Source of the DNA: Acidobacteriota bacterium
Lineage (GTDB): Bacteria; Acidobacteriota; UBA890; WLXD01
Length of the DNA: 64,000 nt
Direction: 5' to 3'
NCBI GenBank assembly: GCA_963666215.2
Contig: CAXWPL010000005.1
Location: 1,120,001 to 1,184,000, forward strand
Part shown: positions 28,655 to 38,878 of the stretch, piece by piece
How the letters are laid out: each line of letters opens with the position of its first letter
Numbering within the stretch: the first letter of the stretch is position 1
The notes under the pieces: generated by a model
Databases searched by the model: none
The model's input: the letters and a program-made list of their open reading frames with translations, nothing else
What the model was told of the DNA's origin: nothing
Program-made: the position numbers and the translations under genes

Positions 28655-29721
28655 GCGGCGATCGCCTCCAGGCCCATTTCATCGATGACTTGCGCGAGGA
28701 TGTCGCGAGCAAATCGATCCACTTGGGCGCCTTGCAGTGCCACAAGCGCCTGTGAGCTCACGGAGGGGAGCTTCGCAATCGCCTGCGCGGCCCGATATCG
28801 CACCCAGTAGCGCTCGCTCGCCAGCTTCCCCGCCAGCATGGCGACATCCTTGTACGTGCCAAGACGACCCACCGCGGTGATGGCGTGCAACTGCACCCGC
28901 CAATTCGGGTGATCGAGGTGGTTGCGCACCACGTACAGTCCGTCGGGGTGTGCCAGATGTCCGAGCTGGTAGATGCCGGTCGTGATGACCTGCTGATCGT
29001 CGGTAGCGAGCAGAATCTCTTTGATCACCTGCACGGCGGCGCGCCGCTCGGCCGCCTCGAGGTACAGCATCAGCAACGGCTGGAAGGCCACCTCGGCCCG
29101 CTGGATGGTCTCGACGAGGGGCTGCGTGACGACATCCGCCCCAGCCTCACGCAGCAGCGCAAGCACGCGTGCCGGCGACCAGTCGGCGCGCGACGCAATC
29201 AGGGGCAAGATCAACGGCAGCGCCTCGCGAGGATTGATGCGCAGTAGCGCATGCGCGGCGGCGAGTGAGATGTATGGATTGGTCGACCTGGTCAGCGGTC
29301 GCAAGCTCCGCCTCAGGTCGCGATCGTGCAGATGCCCAATCGCCTGGATCGCCATCAACCGCTGCCGGACACTGCCGTGCCGCAGCGCCTCCTTGGCGTG
29401 CAGATCGATTCCACACAGGCGCCCCGCTTGTGCGAGATTCACGCGTGCGTCACCGGCGACGAACTCGTTGAAGTACACCCACAGGGGAAGCACCTCGACG
29501 GCCTCCTCGGCGGTGAGCTCGGGCATGCTCGTCGGGTACTCCAGAAGTGCCTCGGTGAACAGCGGCCTCCACCGCCCAACATGCAGCTCGCGGCGCGCGG
29601 CGCGCCGCTGGTTGCTCACACGCAGGTAGAGAATCGTCCCCAGTAGGATCGACGTGCAGAGCACAACCAGGACCGCCGCGCAGAGACCGATCCAAATCAT
29701 GATTCCAGGAGTGGCGACCAC
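28651..29721 (-). CDS. Membrane-anchored HEAT-repeat protein
   Basis: AGGAGA RBS before GTG, N-terminal TM, HEAT motifs (WRVQLHAITAVG, WVRYRAAQAI). Confidence 0.85.
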   Translation of the reverse strand: MVATPGIMIWIGLCAAVLVVLCTSILLGTILYLRVSNQRRAARRELHVGRWRPLFTEALLEYPTSMPELTAEEAVEVLPLWVYFNEFVAGDARVNLAQAGRLCGIDLHAKEALRHGSVRQRLMAIQAIGHLHDRDLRRSLRPLTRSTNPYISLAAAHALLRINPREALPLILPLIASRADWSPARVLALLREAGADVVTQPLVETIQRAEVAFQPLLMLYLEAAERRAAVQVIKEILLATDDQQVITTGIYQLGHLAHPDGLYVVRNHLDHPNWRVQLHAITAVGRLGTYKDVAMLAGKLASERYWVRYRAAQAIAKLPSVSSQALVALQGAQVDRFARDILAQVIDEMGLEAIAA

Positions 29722-29740
29722 GGCTTCGACTCTCCTGCGG

Positions 29741-30223
29741 TTAGGCGACGCGGGTCGAGGCATCCGGCGAGACCGCCGAGGAAGCGCTCGAGGCAATCAG
29801 CGCGCCTACTCGAGCGATCAACTCCCGAGGTCGGAACGGCTTCGTGACATAGTCGTTGGCACCGGCCCGAAACGCCGCCACCATGTCCTCCTCCGAGGAT
29901 TTGCCCGACAGGACAATCACCGGCACCGACTCCCAACCCCGCGTCGCGCGGATCGACTTGACCACTTCGATGCCGCCGACAAATGGCATCATCACGTCGA
30001 CAACGACGAGCGCCGGCGGAGGCCCTGTCGAGACCCGCGTGATGATCTGCTCACCATCCGCGTGGGGCTCGACCTGGTAGCCTTCGCGAGCGAGCAGGTA
30101 CTGCAGGACGTAGCGCATGTTCACGTCGTCTTCGGCAAGTAGTACCAACGGGTTAGGTCCGCTCTCGACGCCCGCGGGCCCAGACGTGTTGCTAGCCATT
30201 TCTGTGCCTACTTGTCGTTCCAT
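29741..30223 (-). CDS. Single-domain response regulator
   Basis: AEDD, DVMMP, GANDYVTKPF. Confidence 0.9.
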   Translation of the reverse strand: MERQVGTEMASNTSGPAGVESGPNPLVLLAEDDVNMRYVLQYLLAREGYQVEPHADGEQIITRVSTGPPPALVVVDVMMPFVGGIEVVKSIRATRGWESVPVIVLSGKSSEEDMVAAFRAGANDYVTKPFRPRELIARVGALIASSASSAVSPDASTRVA

Positions 30224-30332
30224 GGGACTCCCTAGAGGCTCGAGCGTTGAATTTAGCAGTGATAGCCGCCTAATACATATCTAGAAGCGTTGTTAGTCTG
30301 TTCTAGTCACGATCATTTATCTGGACCTATTC
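30224..30332. promoter_or_regulatory. AT-rich divergent promoter region
   Basis: Marked AT enrichment between divergent genes; CTAGAA-N14-TTCTAG inverted repeat at 30281-30306. Confidence 0.45.
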
Positions 30333-31154
30333 ATGCATAAAGTTGATCACCATAAGTCGCTCCAGTTCGCGGTAGAGATGGCTCATGCAGCAGGCGATCT
30401 GACCCTGAGGACCTTCCAGGGCGAAGTCGCCACCGAGCGCAAGCCCGACCGAACCCTGGTGACGGCCGCCGACCGCGGTGCGGAGATGCTGTGTCGCGAC
30501 ATGATCGAGAAGCGCTTTCCGGACTACGGCATCCTTGGGGAGGAGTTCGGAGAAACGCGGCCGGGCGCAGAGCTGCGCTGGATTCTCGATCCAATCGACG
30601 GCACCAACTCCTACGTCCGCGGTGTGCCGCTGTACGGCGTTCTGATTGCCCTCGAGGACTGCCGGGCGGGCAAGGTGGTCGCGGGCGTGATCCATTTCCC
30701 GGCGCTTGGCGAAACCGTCTCGGCCGCGGCTGGTGCCGGCTGCTGGTGGAACGACCGCCGTGCAGCGGTCTCGGGCGTCAGCGACCTCGACTCGGCGCTC
30801 GTGTTGACCACCGACGCCGAGCGCGTGTTGAGTCGACACCGCGAGGGCTGGGAGCGGCTTGGCGATCGCGCCGAGCTGGCTCGCACCTGGGGCGATTGCT
30901 ACGGACATGCGCTGGTCGCCACGGGCCGCGCCGAGGCGATGGTCGATCCGGTACTGGCGATCTGGGACGCTGCTCCGCTGCAGATCGTCGTTGAGGAGGC
31001 CGGAGGTGTTTACACCGATTGGGATGGCGGTCGCAGCTATCGCGGTGCCTCGGGCATCTCGACGAACGCCGCGTTGGCCGACGCGGTGCGCGATGCTCTA
31101 GGCGCGGCGCGACCGGCTCCCGAGCTCCCAGCCGCTGATAGCCGCCGCGGATAA
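30333..31154 (+). CDS. hisN: Inositol monophosphatase family, histidinol-phosphatase-like
   Basis: GEEFG, WILDPIDGT, RTWGDCYG, WDAAP...EEAGG. Confidence 0.75.
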   Translation: MHKVDHHKSLQFAVEMAHAAGDLTLRTFQGEVATERKPDRTLVTAADRGAEMLCRDMIEKRFPDYGILGEEFGETRPGAELRWILDPIDGTNSYVRGVPLYGVLIALEDCRAGKVVAGVIHFPALGETVSAAAGAGCWWNDRRAAVSGVSDLDSALVLTTDAERVLSRHREGWERLGDRAELARTWGDCYGHALVATGRAEAMVDPVLAIWDAAPLQIVVEEAGGVYTDWDGGRSYRGASGISTNAALADAVRDALGAARPAPELPAADSRRG

Positions 31155-31191
31155 CGGCCAAGCGCGCGCGCGAATGGCACAATGCGTTTCC

Positions 31192-32361
31192 ATGGAAACG
31201 GAATCGGGTCTGGAACTCCTCGTACGTCCGCGGGTTGAAGATACGTACCTGCGCGTGCTCGTGGCGGAGGAAGATCCTGAGCTACGGGCACTGCTGGCGG
31301 CGACGCTGTCGCAGTTCGGCTTCGGCTGCCAGGAGGCGAGCAACGCCATCGACGCGCTGGCGATCCTGCGCGACGCAGCCGCCGAACGGTCCGACACGTC
31401 GGCAATGCCACGGCCCGGCTCAGACCGCAGCGGAAGCGACGCATATGCCAGCCTGGTCTGCGAATTCGGCCTGGTGATCTGCGACGTGCGTATGCCCGAC
31501 GGTGACGGATTCTCTTTCCTCGACGAGGTGCTCGCCAGCTATCCGGACGTTTCCGTGATCATGCTGACCGGGGTTGACCGCAGCCGCGTTGCCGTGGAGT
31601 GCCTGCAGCGAGGGGCGACCGAATATCTGGTCAAGCCGGTCGATATGGACGACCTGATCGTTGCGGTTCACCACGCCCTCGAGCGTCGGCGTCTGTTGCT
31701 GCAGAACCGCCTGTATCAGACCAAGCTCGAGCGTATGGTGCAGGCGCGCACCCATGAGCTCCGCCAGACGCTTGGGCGATTGCAACAGACCTACAGCGAA
31801 ACGCTCGCAGCGCTGGCTACCGCCCTCGACGCCCGTGAGCAGGAAACCGCCCATCACTCGGAGCGAGTGGCGCGCGACTGCCAGCGCCTGCTGCAATGCT
31901 TGGGCGTGGAGGATGACGAATCGCTCACGGTGACCGGTCAAGGTGCGCTACTGCATGACATCGGCAAGATCGGCATCCCGGATTCGATTCTGCTCAAGCC
32001 TGGCCCTCTCGACGACGCCGAATGGCGCGTAATGCGGCAGCACCCGTCGATCGGGCACGAGATCTTGCGCGGCATCGAGTTCCTCGAGCCTTCGCTCGAG
32101 CTGGTGCTGCATCACCAAGAGAAATTCGACGGAAGCGGCTACCCCACGGGCCTCGCGGGCAACGAGATCCCACTTTCCGCGCGCGCCTTCGCGGTGGTCG
32201 ACGCCTGGGACGCGATGACCCATGCGCGTCCATATCGCCAGCCGATGTCGGCCGGCAAGGCAACCGCTGAGTTGATCCGCTGCGCAGGCAGCCACTTCGA
32301 CCCACAGGTGGTCGACACGTTCTTGGAGATGAAACGAACCGAAGGTGTGCTCTCCATCTAG
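31192..32361 (+). CDS. REC + HD-GYP c-di-GMP phosphodiesterase
   Basis: DVRMP, KP, HSERV, HDIGK, HHQEKFDGSGYP, RPY. Confidence 0.92.
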   Translation: METESGLELLVRPRVEDTYLRVLVAEEDPELRALLAATLSQFGFGCQEASNAIDALAILRDAAAERSDTSAMPRPGSDRSGSDAYASLVCEFGLVICDVRMPDGDGFSFLDEVLASYPDVSVIMLTGVDRSRVAVECLQRGATEYLVKPVDMDDLIVAVHHALERRRLLLQNRLYQTKLERMVQARTHELRQTLGRLQQTYSETLAALATALDAREQETAHHSERVARDCQRLLQCLGVEDDESLTVTGQGALLHDIGKIGIPDSILLKPGPLDDAEWRVMRQHPSIGHEILRGIEFLEPSLELVLHHQEKFDGSGYPTGLAGNEIPLSARAFAVVDAWDAMTHARPYRQPMSAGKATAELIRCAGSHFDPQVVDTFLEMKRTEGVLSI

Positions 32362-32404
32362 TGGGCAACCCCGGCGAGCAGCGTTGAGCGGCGCGCCGCG
32401 CGAG

Positions 32405-33679
32405 ATGGCGCCCCGGCGAGAGCTGTTTGCCTGGTGCACGTTCGACTTCGCCAACTCCGGCTACACCACCGTCATCATCACGGCGGTTTTCAACGCCTAC
32501 TTCGTTGCCGTTGTAGCCGAAGGGCGTCCCGAAGCGACCTTCCTCTGGACGCTCGCATTGGCCGTCTCGTACACGCTCGTGCTGGTGAGTGCCCCCGTGG
32601 TTGGCGCCATCGCCGACTTCTCGGCAACCAAGAAGCGCTTTCTCGCCTGGACGACCTCGCTCTGTGTTCTATCGACGGCGGCGCTCTATCTGGTCGGCCC
32701 GGGCGATCTGTGGCTTGCGGCGGTGCTAATCATCCTTTCCAACACCTTCTACGCCGCCGGTGAGAACCTCATCGCCGCCTTCCTACCGGAGCTGGCACCG
32801 CCGGAAGATCTCGGACGGCTCTCCGGATACGGCTGGGCCTGGGGCTACGTCGGCGGGCTGCTCTCGCTCGGTCTTTGTCTCCTGTACCTCCGCTGGGCAG
32901 ACAGCAGCGGTATCGCCACCGTCGACGCGGTACCGGTCACCAATCTGATTGTTGCCGCGCTCTTCGGGCTGTCGGCGCTGCCGACCTTTCTGTGGCTGCC
33001 GGAGCGCAGCAAGCAAGCCACGCTCGGCAGCGCCTCGAAGTATGTGGCGATGGGATTCGCGCGCCTGCGCAACACCTGGCACGAGGCACAGCGATTCGCC
33101 GACCTGCGCCAGCTGCTCGTTTGCCTGTTCACCTACCATTGCGGGATCAATGTGGTCACGACGCTGGCGGCGGTCTTCGCCCAGCAGACGCTCGGCTTCA
33201 GCACCGAGGAAACCATCCAACTGGTGCTCGTGGTCAACGTCAGTGCCGCGGCTGGAGCCTTCGTGTTTGGCCCGATCCAGGATCGCATCGGATCGAAGAA
33301 GACGATCGCCATCACTCTTGTGCTGTGGACGATCACGGCACTTGGCGCGGCGGCCGTACAGAACAAGTGGCAGCTGTTGGTCATCGGCAACCTGGCCGGC
33401 CTGGCGATTGGTTCGAGCCAGTCGGCGGGGCGCGCGATGGTGGCACTGTTCGCGCCGGCCTCGAAGACAGCCGAGTTCTTCGGTCTGTGGGGCCTGGCGA
33501 TCAAATCGTCGTCGGTGGTCGGACCGCTGACCTATGGACTGCTCACGCTGCTGACGGGCTCTCACCGGCTGGCGGTGGTCGTGACGAGCGTTTTCTTCAT
33601 TGTCGGGCTCGTGCTGCTGCGCCCCATCGACGAGGCGCGCGGACGGCGCGCCGCACTGGCCTACGACGAAGCCGGCTGA
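32405..33679 (+). CDS. MFS transporter (UMF1/ATG22-like)
   Basis: WCTFDFANSGY, GWAWGYVGG, EFFGLW; 12 TM helices. Confidence 0.88.
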   Translation: MAPRRELFAWCTFDFANSGYTTVIITAVFNAYFVAVVAEGRPEATFLWTLALAVSYTLVLVSAPVVGAIADFSATKKRFLAWTTSLCVLSTAALYLVGPGDLWLAAVLIILSNTFYAAGENLIAAFLPELAPPEDLGRLSGYGWAWGYVGGLLSLGLCLLYLRWADSSGIATVDAVPVTNLIVAALFGLSALPTFLWLPERSKQATLGSASKYVAMGFARLRNTWHEAQRFADLRQLLVCLFTYHCGINVVTTLAAVFAQQTLGFSTEETIQLVLVVNVSAAAGAFVFGPIQDRIGSKKTIAITLVLWTITALGAAAVQNKWQLLVIGNLAGLAIGSSQSAGRAMVALFAPASKTAEFFGLWGLAIKSSSVVGPLTYGLLTLLTGSHRLAVVVTSVFFIVGLVLLRPIDEARGRRAALAYDEAG

Positions 33680-36600
33680 TCGCTCGGCTGGAGGACCGGC
33701 GCGGTAACGCGTCGCGACCGCTCGTCGACGCAGTAGCGGTTCTTTCCCGACGTCTTGGCGGCGTACATGGCCTCGTCCGCGCGTCGAACCAGGTCCTCGT
33801 GGAGCTCTTTCGAATAGCGCTCGGGCGTACCGACGGCTGCCACACCCACCGAAATCGTCACCTGGGCGCGCGCCCCGTTGAGCTGCAGCCGCGTCCGCTC
33901 CACGTCGGCACGGATCTTCTCGGCCAGGAGGCTGGCACCGTTCACTCCGGTGTTCGGCAGCATGATGGCGAACTCCTCGCCGCCGTAACGCGCGGCCAGA
34001 TCGCTGGCGCGCACGCCATAGGCCAGACGCGCGGCGATGCGGCGCAGCGCCTCATCACCTGCGGCGTGACCCAGCCGGTCGTTGATCAACTTGAAGTTGT
34101 CGAGATCGATGACTAACACCGACAGCACCCCGCTCGCGCCAAGGCGCGACATGCGCCGCAGCTCGCGCTCCAGGTTCTCCATGAAAAAGCGACGGTTCGG
34201 CAGGTTCGTGAGCTCATCGGTAGTCGCCATGCGCTCGAGCAAAGCGTTCTTTTCGACCAGCTCGCGTGTTCGCCGATCGACCATCTCACGCAACCGCAAC
34301 CGCTCTTCCTCGACGCTGCGAACGCGACGCGCCACCCAGGCCGCAACCAAGCCCAGCGCGAGCAACACACCCAGTCCACGGAACCAGGCCGTTTCGTGGA
34401 GCGCCGGACTTGACTCGAAGCTCACCTCCGCGGGCACCGCGCTCCAGATCCCGTCGGGCGATATCGCCTGCACCTGCAGCGTGTAGTCGCCCGGCGCCAG
34501 GCCGGCGAAGCTCACCCCCACCTCACGACTCGGGCTCGACCAGCGCTCCGAGCGCCCCAACAGCCGGTAGGAGTAACGCATGCTCTCCTGATCGCGGAAT
34601 GACAGCGCTCCAAACTCCACGCGCACGTCGTTGACATCGGGAGACAGCTTCAGCGCATCATCACCGGGCCGCCACGCTGCCATCTCGCCATCCACGAAAA
34701 CCGCGCGCACCAGTACCTTCGGGGCGGCCGACACCGACGGCCCACTCTGGTCGCCTTGGAAGAGCGCAAGTCCCCGCGGTGTGCCAAACCACAGGCCCCC
34801 ACTGGAGTCGCGTAGTCCTGCTGCCGGGTTGCCCGCGCTGTCGCCAAGCCCGTCTTGCAGATCGAAGTGCGTGAGCCCCACTTGTGGGTCCCAGCGATCG
34901 AGGCCGCGATTGGTGAACAGCCACACCCGGCCGCGGCTCCCCACAACAACCTGATGGACGAAATCGTTGGCCAGCCCGGAAAGCGCGCGGGTGAGACGTA
35001 CGATCTCCCCGGTGGAGGAAAACCGCAGCGCACCGAGTCCGTTGGTCGCCGCCCACACGGAGCCGTCGTCGCCCGCGGCCAGCGACCAAACGGTAGTGCT
35101 CTCGAGCTCGCTGTCGTCCTCGATTGAAGAGAAGTGCGACCCGTTCTGACGGAAGATGCCCCTCGCCTTGGTCGCAACCCACAGCCGCTGCCTGGAATCG
35201 ACCACCAAGTCGGCAATCCGTACACCGTCGAGATCTTCGCTCCCCGACGGCTTCGTCAGTCGACCAGCGGACAGCAGCGCGAGGCCGGCTGATGTCCCCA
35301 CCCACACGTCGTCACCCGACGCGGCTGCAAGCGCCGTGACCTTCTCGGATGGCAGGCCATCGGCGACGCCCCAACGCTGACGCAACCTCCCGGAGCGGCG
35401 GCGAACGAGGCCTCTCTCGGTGCCGAGGAGCATCGAGCCATCTGGGCGTCCCAGCAGCACTGTCGTGGGCTGCGCCGCCGCGGAGTCGGCTGTGGTTCCT
35501 TCGAGCCCGGGAACCGTGCCCACATCGAAGCCGACCTGATGCGGCGACGCCGTTAGCCGCCTCACACCGCCAGGAGTCGATATCCAGATCGCGCCGGCGG
35601 AATCCTCGGCGACGTCGATGACGGATGGATGCGGCAAACCGTCGGCCAGCGTGAAGTGAGCGAAGTCGCGCCTCGTCAGATGCACCATTCCTTCGTCCGT
35701 GGCCACCCAGATGTTGTCCTCGAGATCGACCAGAAGGGCGTTCGCGAGACTCGACGTCTGACCCGGAACGCCAACGAGCTCCACGCTCTCAAAGCGGCCG
35801 CGATGCCGCCGGACAACGCCTTGACTCGTCGCCAGCCACAACGACCCGTCCGACTGACGCACTGCGGCGCCAACGACTGGCGGTCGCTCGGCGGCACCGA
35901 GCAACTCGCCTCCCCACTCCCGCGCTTGGATCGGCTCGAGCCGATCGCCACCTGGCGAAAGCCTCGCCAGCCCGCCCGCGGACCCCGCCCAGATGACGCC
36001 GGCGTCGTCTTCGACGAGCGCCACGACAGGGGACTGCGCCGCTCGGTCGGATCGGGACATCTCGATTTGGCGAAGACGACTGGCGGAGCGGTCGAGCACC
36101 GCCAAGCCGGCGGAGGACCCCACCCACAATCGTCCGGCCGTATCGAGCAGCAAGGATCTGGCGGGGTCGGAAGGCACGCCGTCGGCGCCCCCCAAGAGGC
36201 GCGCCCCGTCGGCCGTCAGATGCCAGAGCCCTGTCGAAGTCGCTGCCCAGACCTCGCCACCGGGCTCGTCTGTCGCTGAGTCCGAGACCACCAGCGCGTC
36301 CACGCGCCCAACCCCCGACCAGCCAAAGCCGTCTGTCCAGTAGGTCGACGCATCCCGGGCGCTGTCGGACAGATCGCGAGAACCACCGTCGGGCGCTGCC
36401 TCATCACCACCGGCCGAGGCTGCGGCCTCCGCGACCCGTCGGTCGCCCTGTCCCGCCGGCGCAGACAATGCCGAGCGCGGAGCGAAGAGCATCACGTCGT
36501 CGCTCGTGCCCACCACCACGCCGCCTCCCGGAAGCGACGCGAGCGCCCCGACCCGGTTGCCCGGGAGTCCGTCGGCGGTCGTGAAGACGCGGAAGGCGCT

Positions 36601-36783
36601 GCCGTCGAAACGTGCCAGCCCCGCCGTGGTGCCGGCCCATACATATCCCTCCTCGTCCTGCGCGAGCGACAGCACCTTGGGAGCCGGCAGTCCGTCGGCA
36701 GCCCCGTAGGGAGCCGTCGTTGCCAGGCGCGCCGAAGGCAAGCAGACCTGTGGCGGGAAGAATCTTTTGCACATTTTTGACAT
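33661..36783 (-). CDS. Beta-propeller/YYY sensor diguanylate cyclase
   Basis: Reg_prop repeats (DGLP, W..T..GL), YSYRL...LAPGDY, TM, DLDNFK.IND, RASD I-site, RYGGEEF. Confidence 0.92.
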   Translation of the reverse strand: MSKMCKRFFPPQVCLPSARLATTAPYGAADGLPAPKVLSLAQDEEGYVWAGTTAGLARFDGSAFRVFTTADGLPGNRVGALASLPGGGVVVGTSDDVMLFAPRSALSAPAGQGDRRVAEAAASAGGDEAAPDGGSRDLSDSARDASTYWTDGFGWSGVGRVDALVVSDSATDEPGGEVWAATSTGLWHLTADGARLLGGADGVPSDPARSLLLDTAGRLWVGSSAGLAVLDRSASRLRQIEMSRSDRAAQSPVVALVEDDAGVIWAGSAGGLARLSPGGDRLEPIQAREWGGELLGAAERPPVVGAAVRQSDGSLWLATSQGVVRRHRGRFESVELVGVPGQTSSLANALLVDLEDNIWVATDEGMVHLTRRDFAHFTLADGLPHPSVIDVAEDSAGAIWISTPGGVRRLTASPHQVGFDVGTVPGLEGTTADSAAAQPTTVLLGRPDGSMLLGTERGLVRRRSGRLRQRWGVADGLPSEKVTALAAASGDDVWVGTSAGLALLSAGRLTKPSGSEDLDGVRIADLVVDSRQRLWVATKARGIFRQNGSHFSSIEDDSELESTTVWSLAAGDDGSVWAATNGLGALRFSSTGEIVRLTRALSGLANDFVHQVVVGSRGRVWLFTNRGLDRWDPQVGLTHFDLQDGLGDSAGNPAAGLRDSSGGLWFGTPRGLALFQGDQSGPSVSAAPKVLVRAVFVDGEMAAWRPGDDALKLSPDVNDVRVEFGALSFRDQESMRYSYRLLGRSERWSSPSREVGVSFAGLAPGDYTLQVQAISPDGIWSAVPAEVSFESSPALHETAWFRGLGVLLALGLVAAWVARRVRSVEEERLRLREMVDRRTRELVEKNALLERMATTDELTNLPNRRFFMENLERELRRMSRLGASGVLSVLVIDLDNFKLINDRLGHAAGDEALRRIAARLAYGVRASDLAARYGGEEFAIMLPNTGVNGASLLAEKIRADVERTRLQLNGARAQVTISVGVAAVGTPERYSKELHEDLVRRADEAMYAAKTSGKNRYCVDERSRRVTAPVLQPSDQPASS

Positions 36784-36842
36784 GCCTAGCCAGGTCCGGA
36801 CATTTTTGGATATTTCCGGATAAGCCTAGTTAAGTTTGGACA
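36778..36842. repeat. 10-bp-phased GGA(C/T)A repeats in an AT-rich divergent promoter
   Basis: TGACA 36778, GGACA 36798, GGATA 36808, GGATA 36818, GGACA 36838. Confidence 0.5.
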
Positions 36843-37056
36843 TGATTATCTATGTAATAATTAGCATGTCTGACTATTATTAATCAATCCGATACCTGGA
36901 TGGCTATCGTCGACGAGAAATCTCGTCTCCCGAGGAAGCCGCGCATTCCGTGCAATCGCCGCCCCGTTCTTGCTAGACTCCGGCCGCATCCGAAGCCGCT
37001 GGGCCACACCGGCTCGCGCCACGCCGGCGCAGGCCACCCACGAGAAGCACCGATCG

Positions 37057-38859
37057 ATGACGGCCGCCACACCCCTTCTGTTGTCCCCTCCGCCCTGCAC
37101 CTCACACGCTGCCAGGCGGTCTCCACGGCCAAACCGAGGCGCTTGGACCCGCGGAGCCGCGGCGCTGATGCTCGGATTCGCCGCCCTCGCATGCGCCGAC
37201 CCCGGACCGCCGCCCGATCCGGCCGACCTGGTGTTGCTGCACGGCAAGGTCGTCACGGTGGACGATGAATTGCCGGAGGCGCAGGCAATAGCTGTGTTGG
37301 GCGACACCATCCAGGCTGTCGGCGGCGACGCCGAGATCGAGCGGTACGTCGGAGAAGACACCGAGGTGATCGACCTCGAGGGCAGGCTCGTGATCCCGGG
37401 CTTGATCGAGGGGCACGGCCATCTGATGGGCCTGGGCTCATCGCTGATGAACCTCGACCTGATGGACTCGACGTCGTACGAGGACATCGTCGTGCGTGTT
37501 GAACAATCGGTCGCCGACCTCGAGCCCGGCGCCTGGCTACTGGGTCGAGGCTGGCACCAGAGCAAGTGGGACCGGGTACCCGAACCCGTGGTGCGTGGAT
37601 TCCAGACACACGACTGGCTCAGCGAAGTCACGCCGAACAACCCGGTGTACCTGACGCACGCCAGCGGGCACGCCGGGTTCGCCAACGCCAAGGCGATGGA
37701 GCTGGCCGGCGTGACCCCCGACACCGAGTCGCCACCCGGTGGGGAGATCATCAAGGACGAGGACGGAAACCCCACGGGAATCTTCGTTGAAACGGCCCAG
37801 CGCCTGATTCGAAGCGCGCGTGCGGAGGCCGATGCCGAGCTGAATGAAGAACAACGCTACGAGCGCTCGCGACACGAGCTACGCCTGGCGATCGGCGAAA
37901 CGATCCGCAACGGCATCACGACCTTCCACGATGCAGGCGCGGGCGCCAACACCATCGACCTCTACAAGGACGCGCTCGCGGACGGAGAGCTCGACATCCG
38001 GCTGTACGTGATGCTGCGGGCCGGTGTCGACGAGATGCCCGACTTGCTGCCTCGCCTGCGAGCCATCGGACTCGGCGACGATCACCTCACGGTCCGGGCG
38101 ATCAAGCTCGGCATCGACGGCGCGCTCGGCCCGCGAGGCGCTTGGTTGCTCGAGCCCTACGAGGACGACGTCGGCACCTCCGGCTTCAACACGACACCCA
38201 TCGAGCGCATCGAACGCGTCGCGGCTCTGGCGCTCGAGCACGGGTATCAGCTGTGCGTTCACGCCATCGGCGATCGCGCCAACCGCACCGTGCTCGACAT
38301 CTACGAAGCCGCGTTCGAGGCCGATCCCGAGGCGGCGCGCGACGCGCGCTTTCGCATCGAGCACTCGCAGTTGCTAGCGCCAAGCGACGTACCGCGCTTC
38401 GATGAGATGAACGTGATCGCCTCGATGGAAGGCGTCCACGCCACTTCCGACGGCCCCTGGACCCCCGATCGTCTGGGCCACGAGCGCACCCAGGAACGCG
38501 CCTATCAATTCCGCGCCCTCACCGACTCCGGCGCCATCATCATGAATGGCACCGACGTCCCCGTAGAGCGCATCGACCCGATGGCCTCGTTCGCCGCCAC
38601 CTTCAGCCTGGTCATGAACAACGGCGAGGTTCTCAACGAGTCGCAGCGGTTGACGCGGCAAGAAACGTTACGCAGCTACACCCTTAACGCGGCGTACGGC
38701 GCTTTCGAGGAGGACATCAAGGGCTCCATCACCGTTGGCAAGCTCGCCGATCTGACCGTGTTGTCGGCCGACATCCTTACGGTGCCCACCGAGGAAGTGC
38801 TGAGCGCTCGTGCGCTTTACACCATCGTGGGCGGCAAAGTTGTCTACCGAGCGCAGTAG
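37057..38859 (+). CDS. Amidohydrolase 3 (YtcJ-like) lipoprotein
   Basis: ALAC lipobox, PGLIEGHGH, HAIGDRAN, RIEHSQ, GTD, GKLADL. Confidence 0.9.
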   Translation: MTAATPLLLSPPPCTSHAARRSPRPNRGAWTRGAAALMLGFAALACADPGPPPDPADLVLLHGKVVTVDDELPEAQAIAVLGDTIQAVGGDAEIERYVGEDTEVIDLEGRLVIPGLIEGHGHLMGLGSSLMNLDLMDSTSYEDIVVRVEQSVADLEPGAWLLGRGWHQSKWDRVPEPVVRGFQTHDWLSEVTPNNPVYLTHASGHAGFANAKAMELAGVTPDTESPPGGEIIKDEDGNPTGIFVETAQRLIRSARAEADAELNEEQRYERSRHELRLAIGETIRNGITTFHDAGAGANTIDLYKDALADGELDIRLYVMLRAGVDEMPDLLPRLRAIGLGDDHLTVRAIKLGIDGALGPRGAWLLEPYEDDVGTSGFNTTPIERIERVAALALEHGYQLCVHAIGDRANRTVLDIYEAAFEADPEAARDARFRIEHSQLLAPSDVPRFDEMNVIASMEGVHATSDGPWTPDRLGHERTQERAYQFRALTDSGAIIMNGTDVPVERIDPMASFAATFSLVMNNGEVLNESQRLTRQETLRSYTLNAAYGAFEEDIKGSITVGKLADLTVLSADILTVPTEEVLSARALYTIVGGKVVYRAQ

Positions 38860-38878
38860 CCGCGAGTAGAATGTGTCG

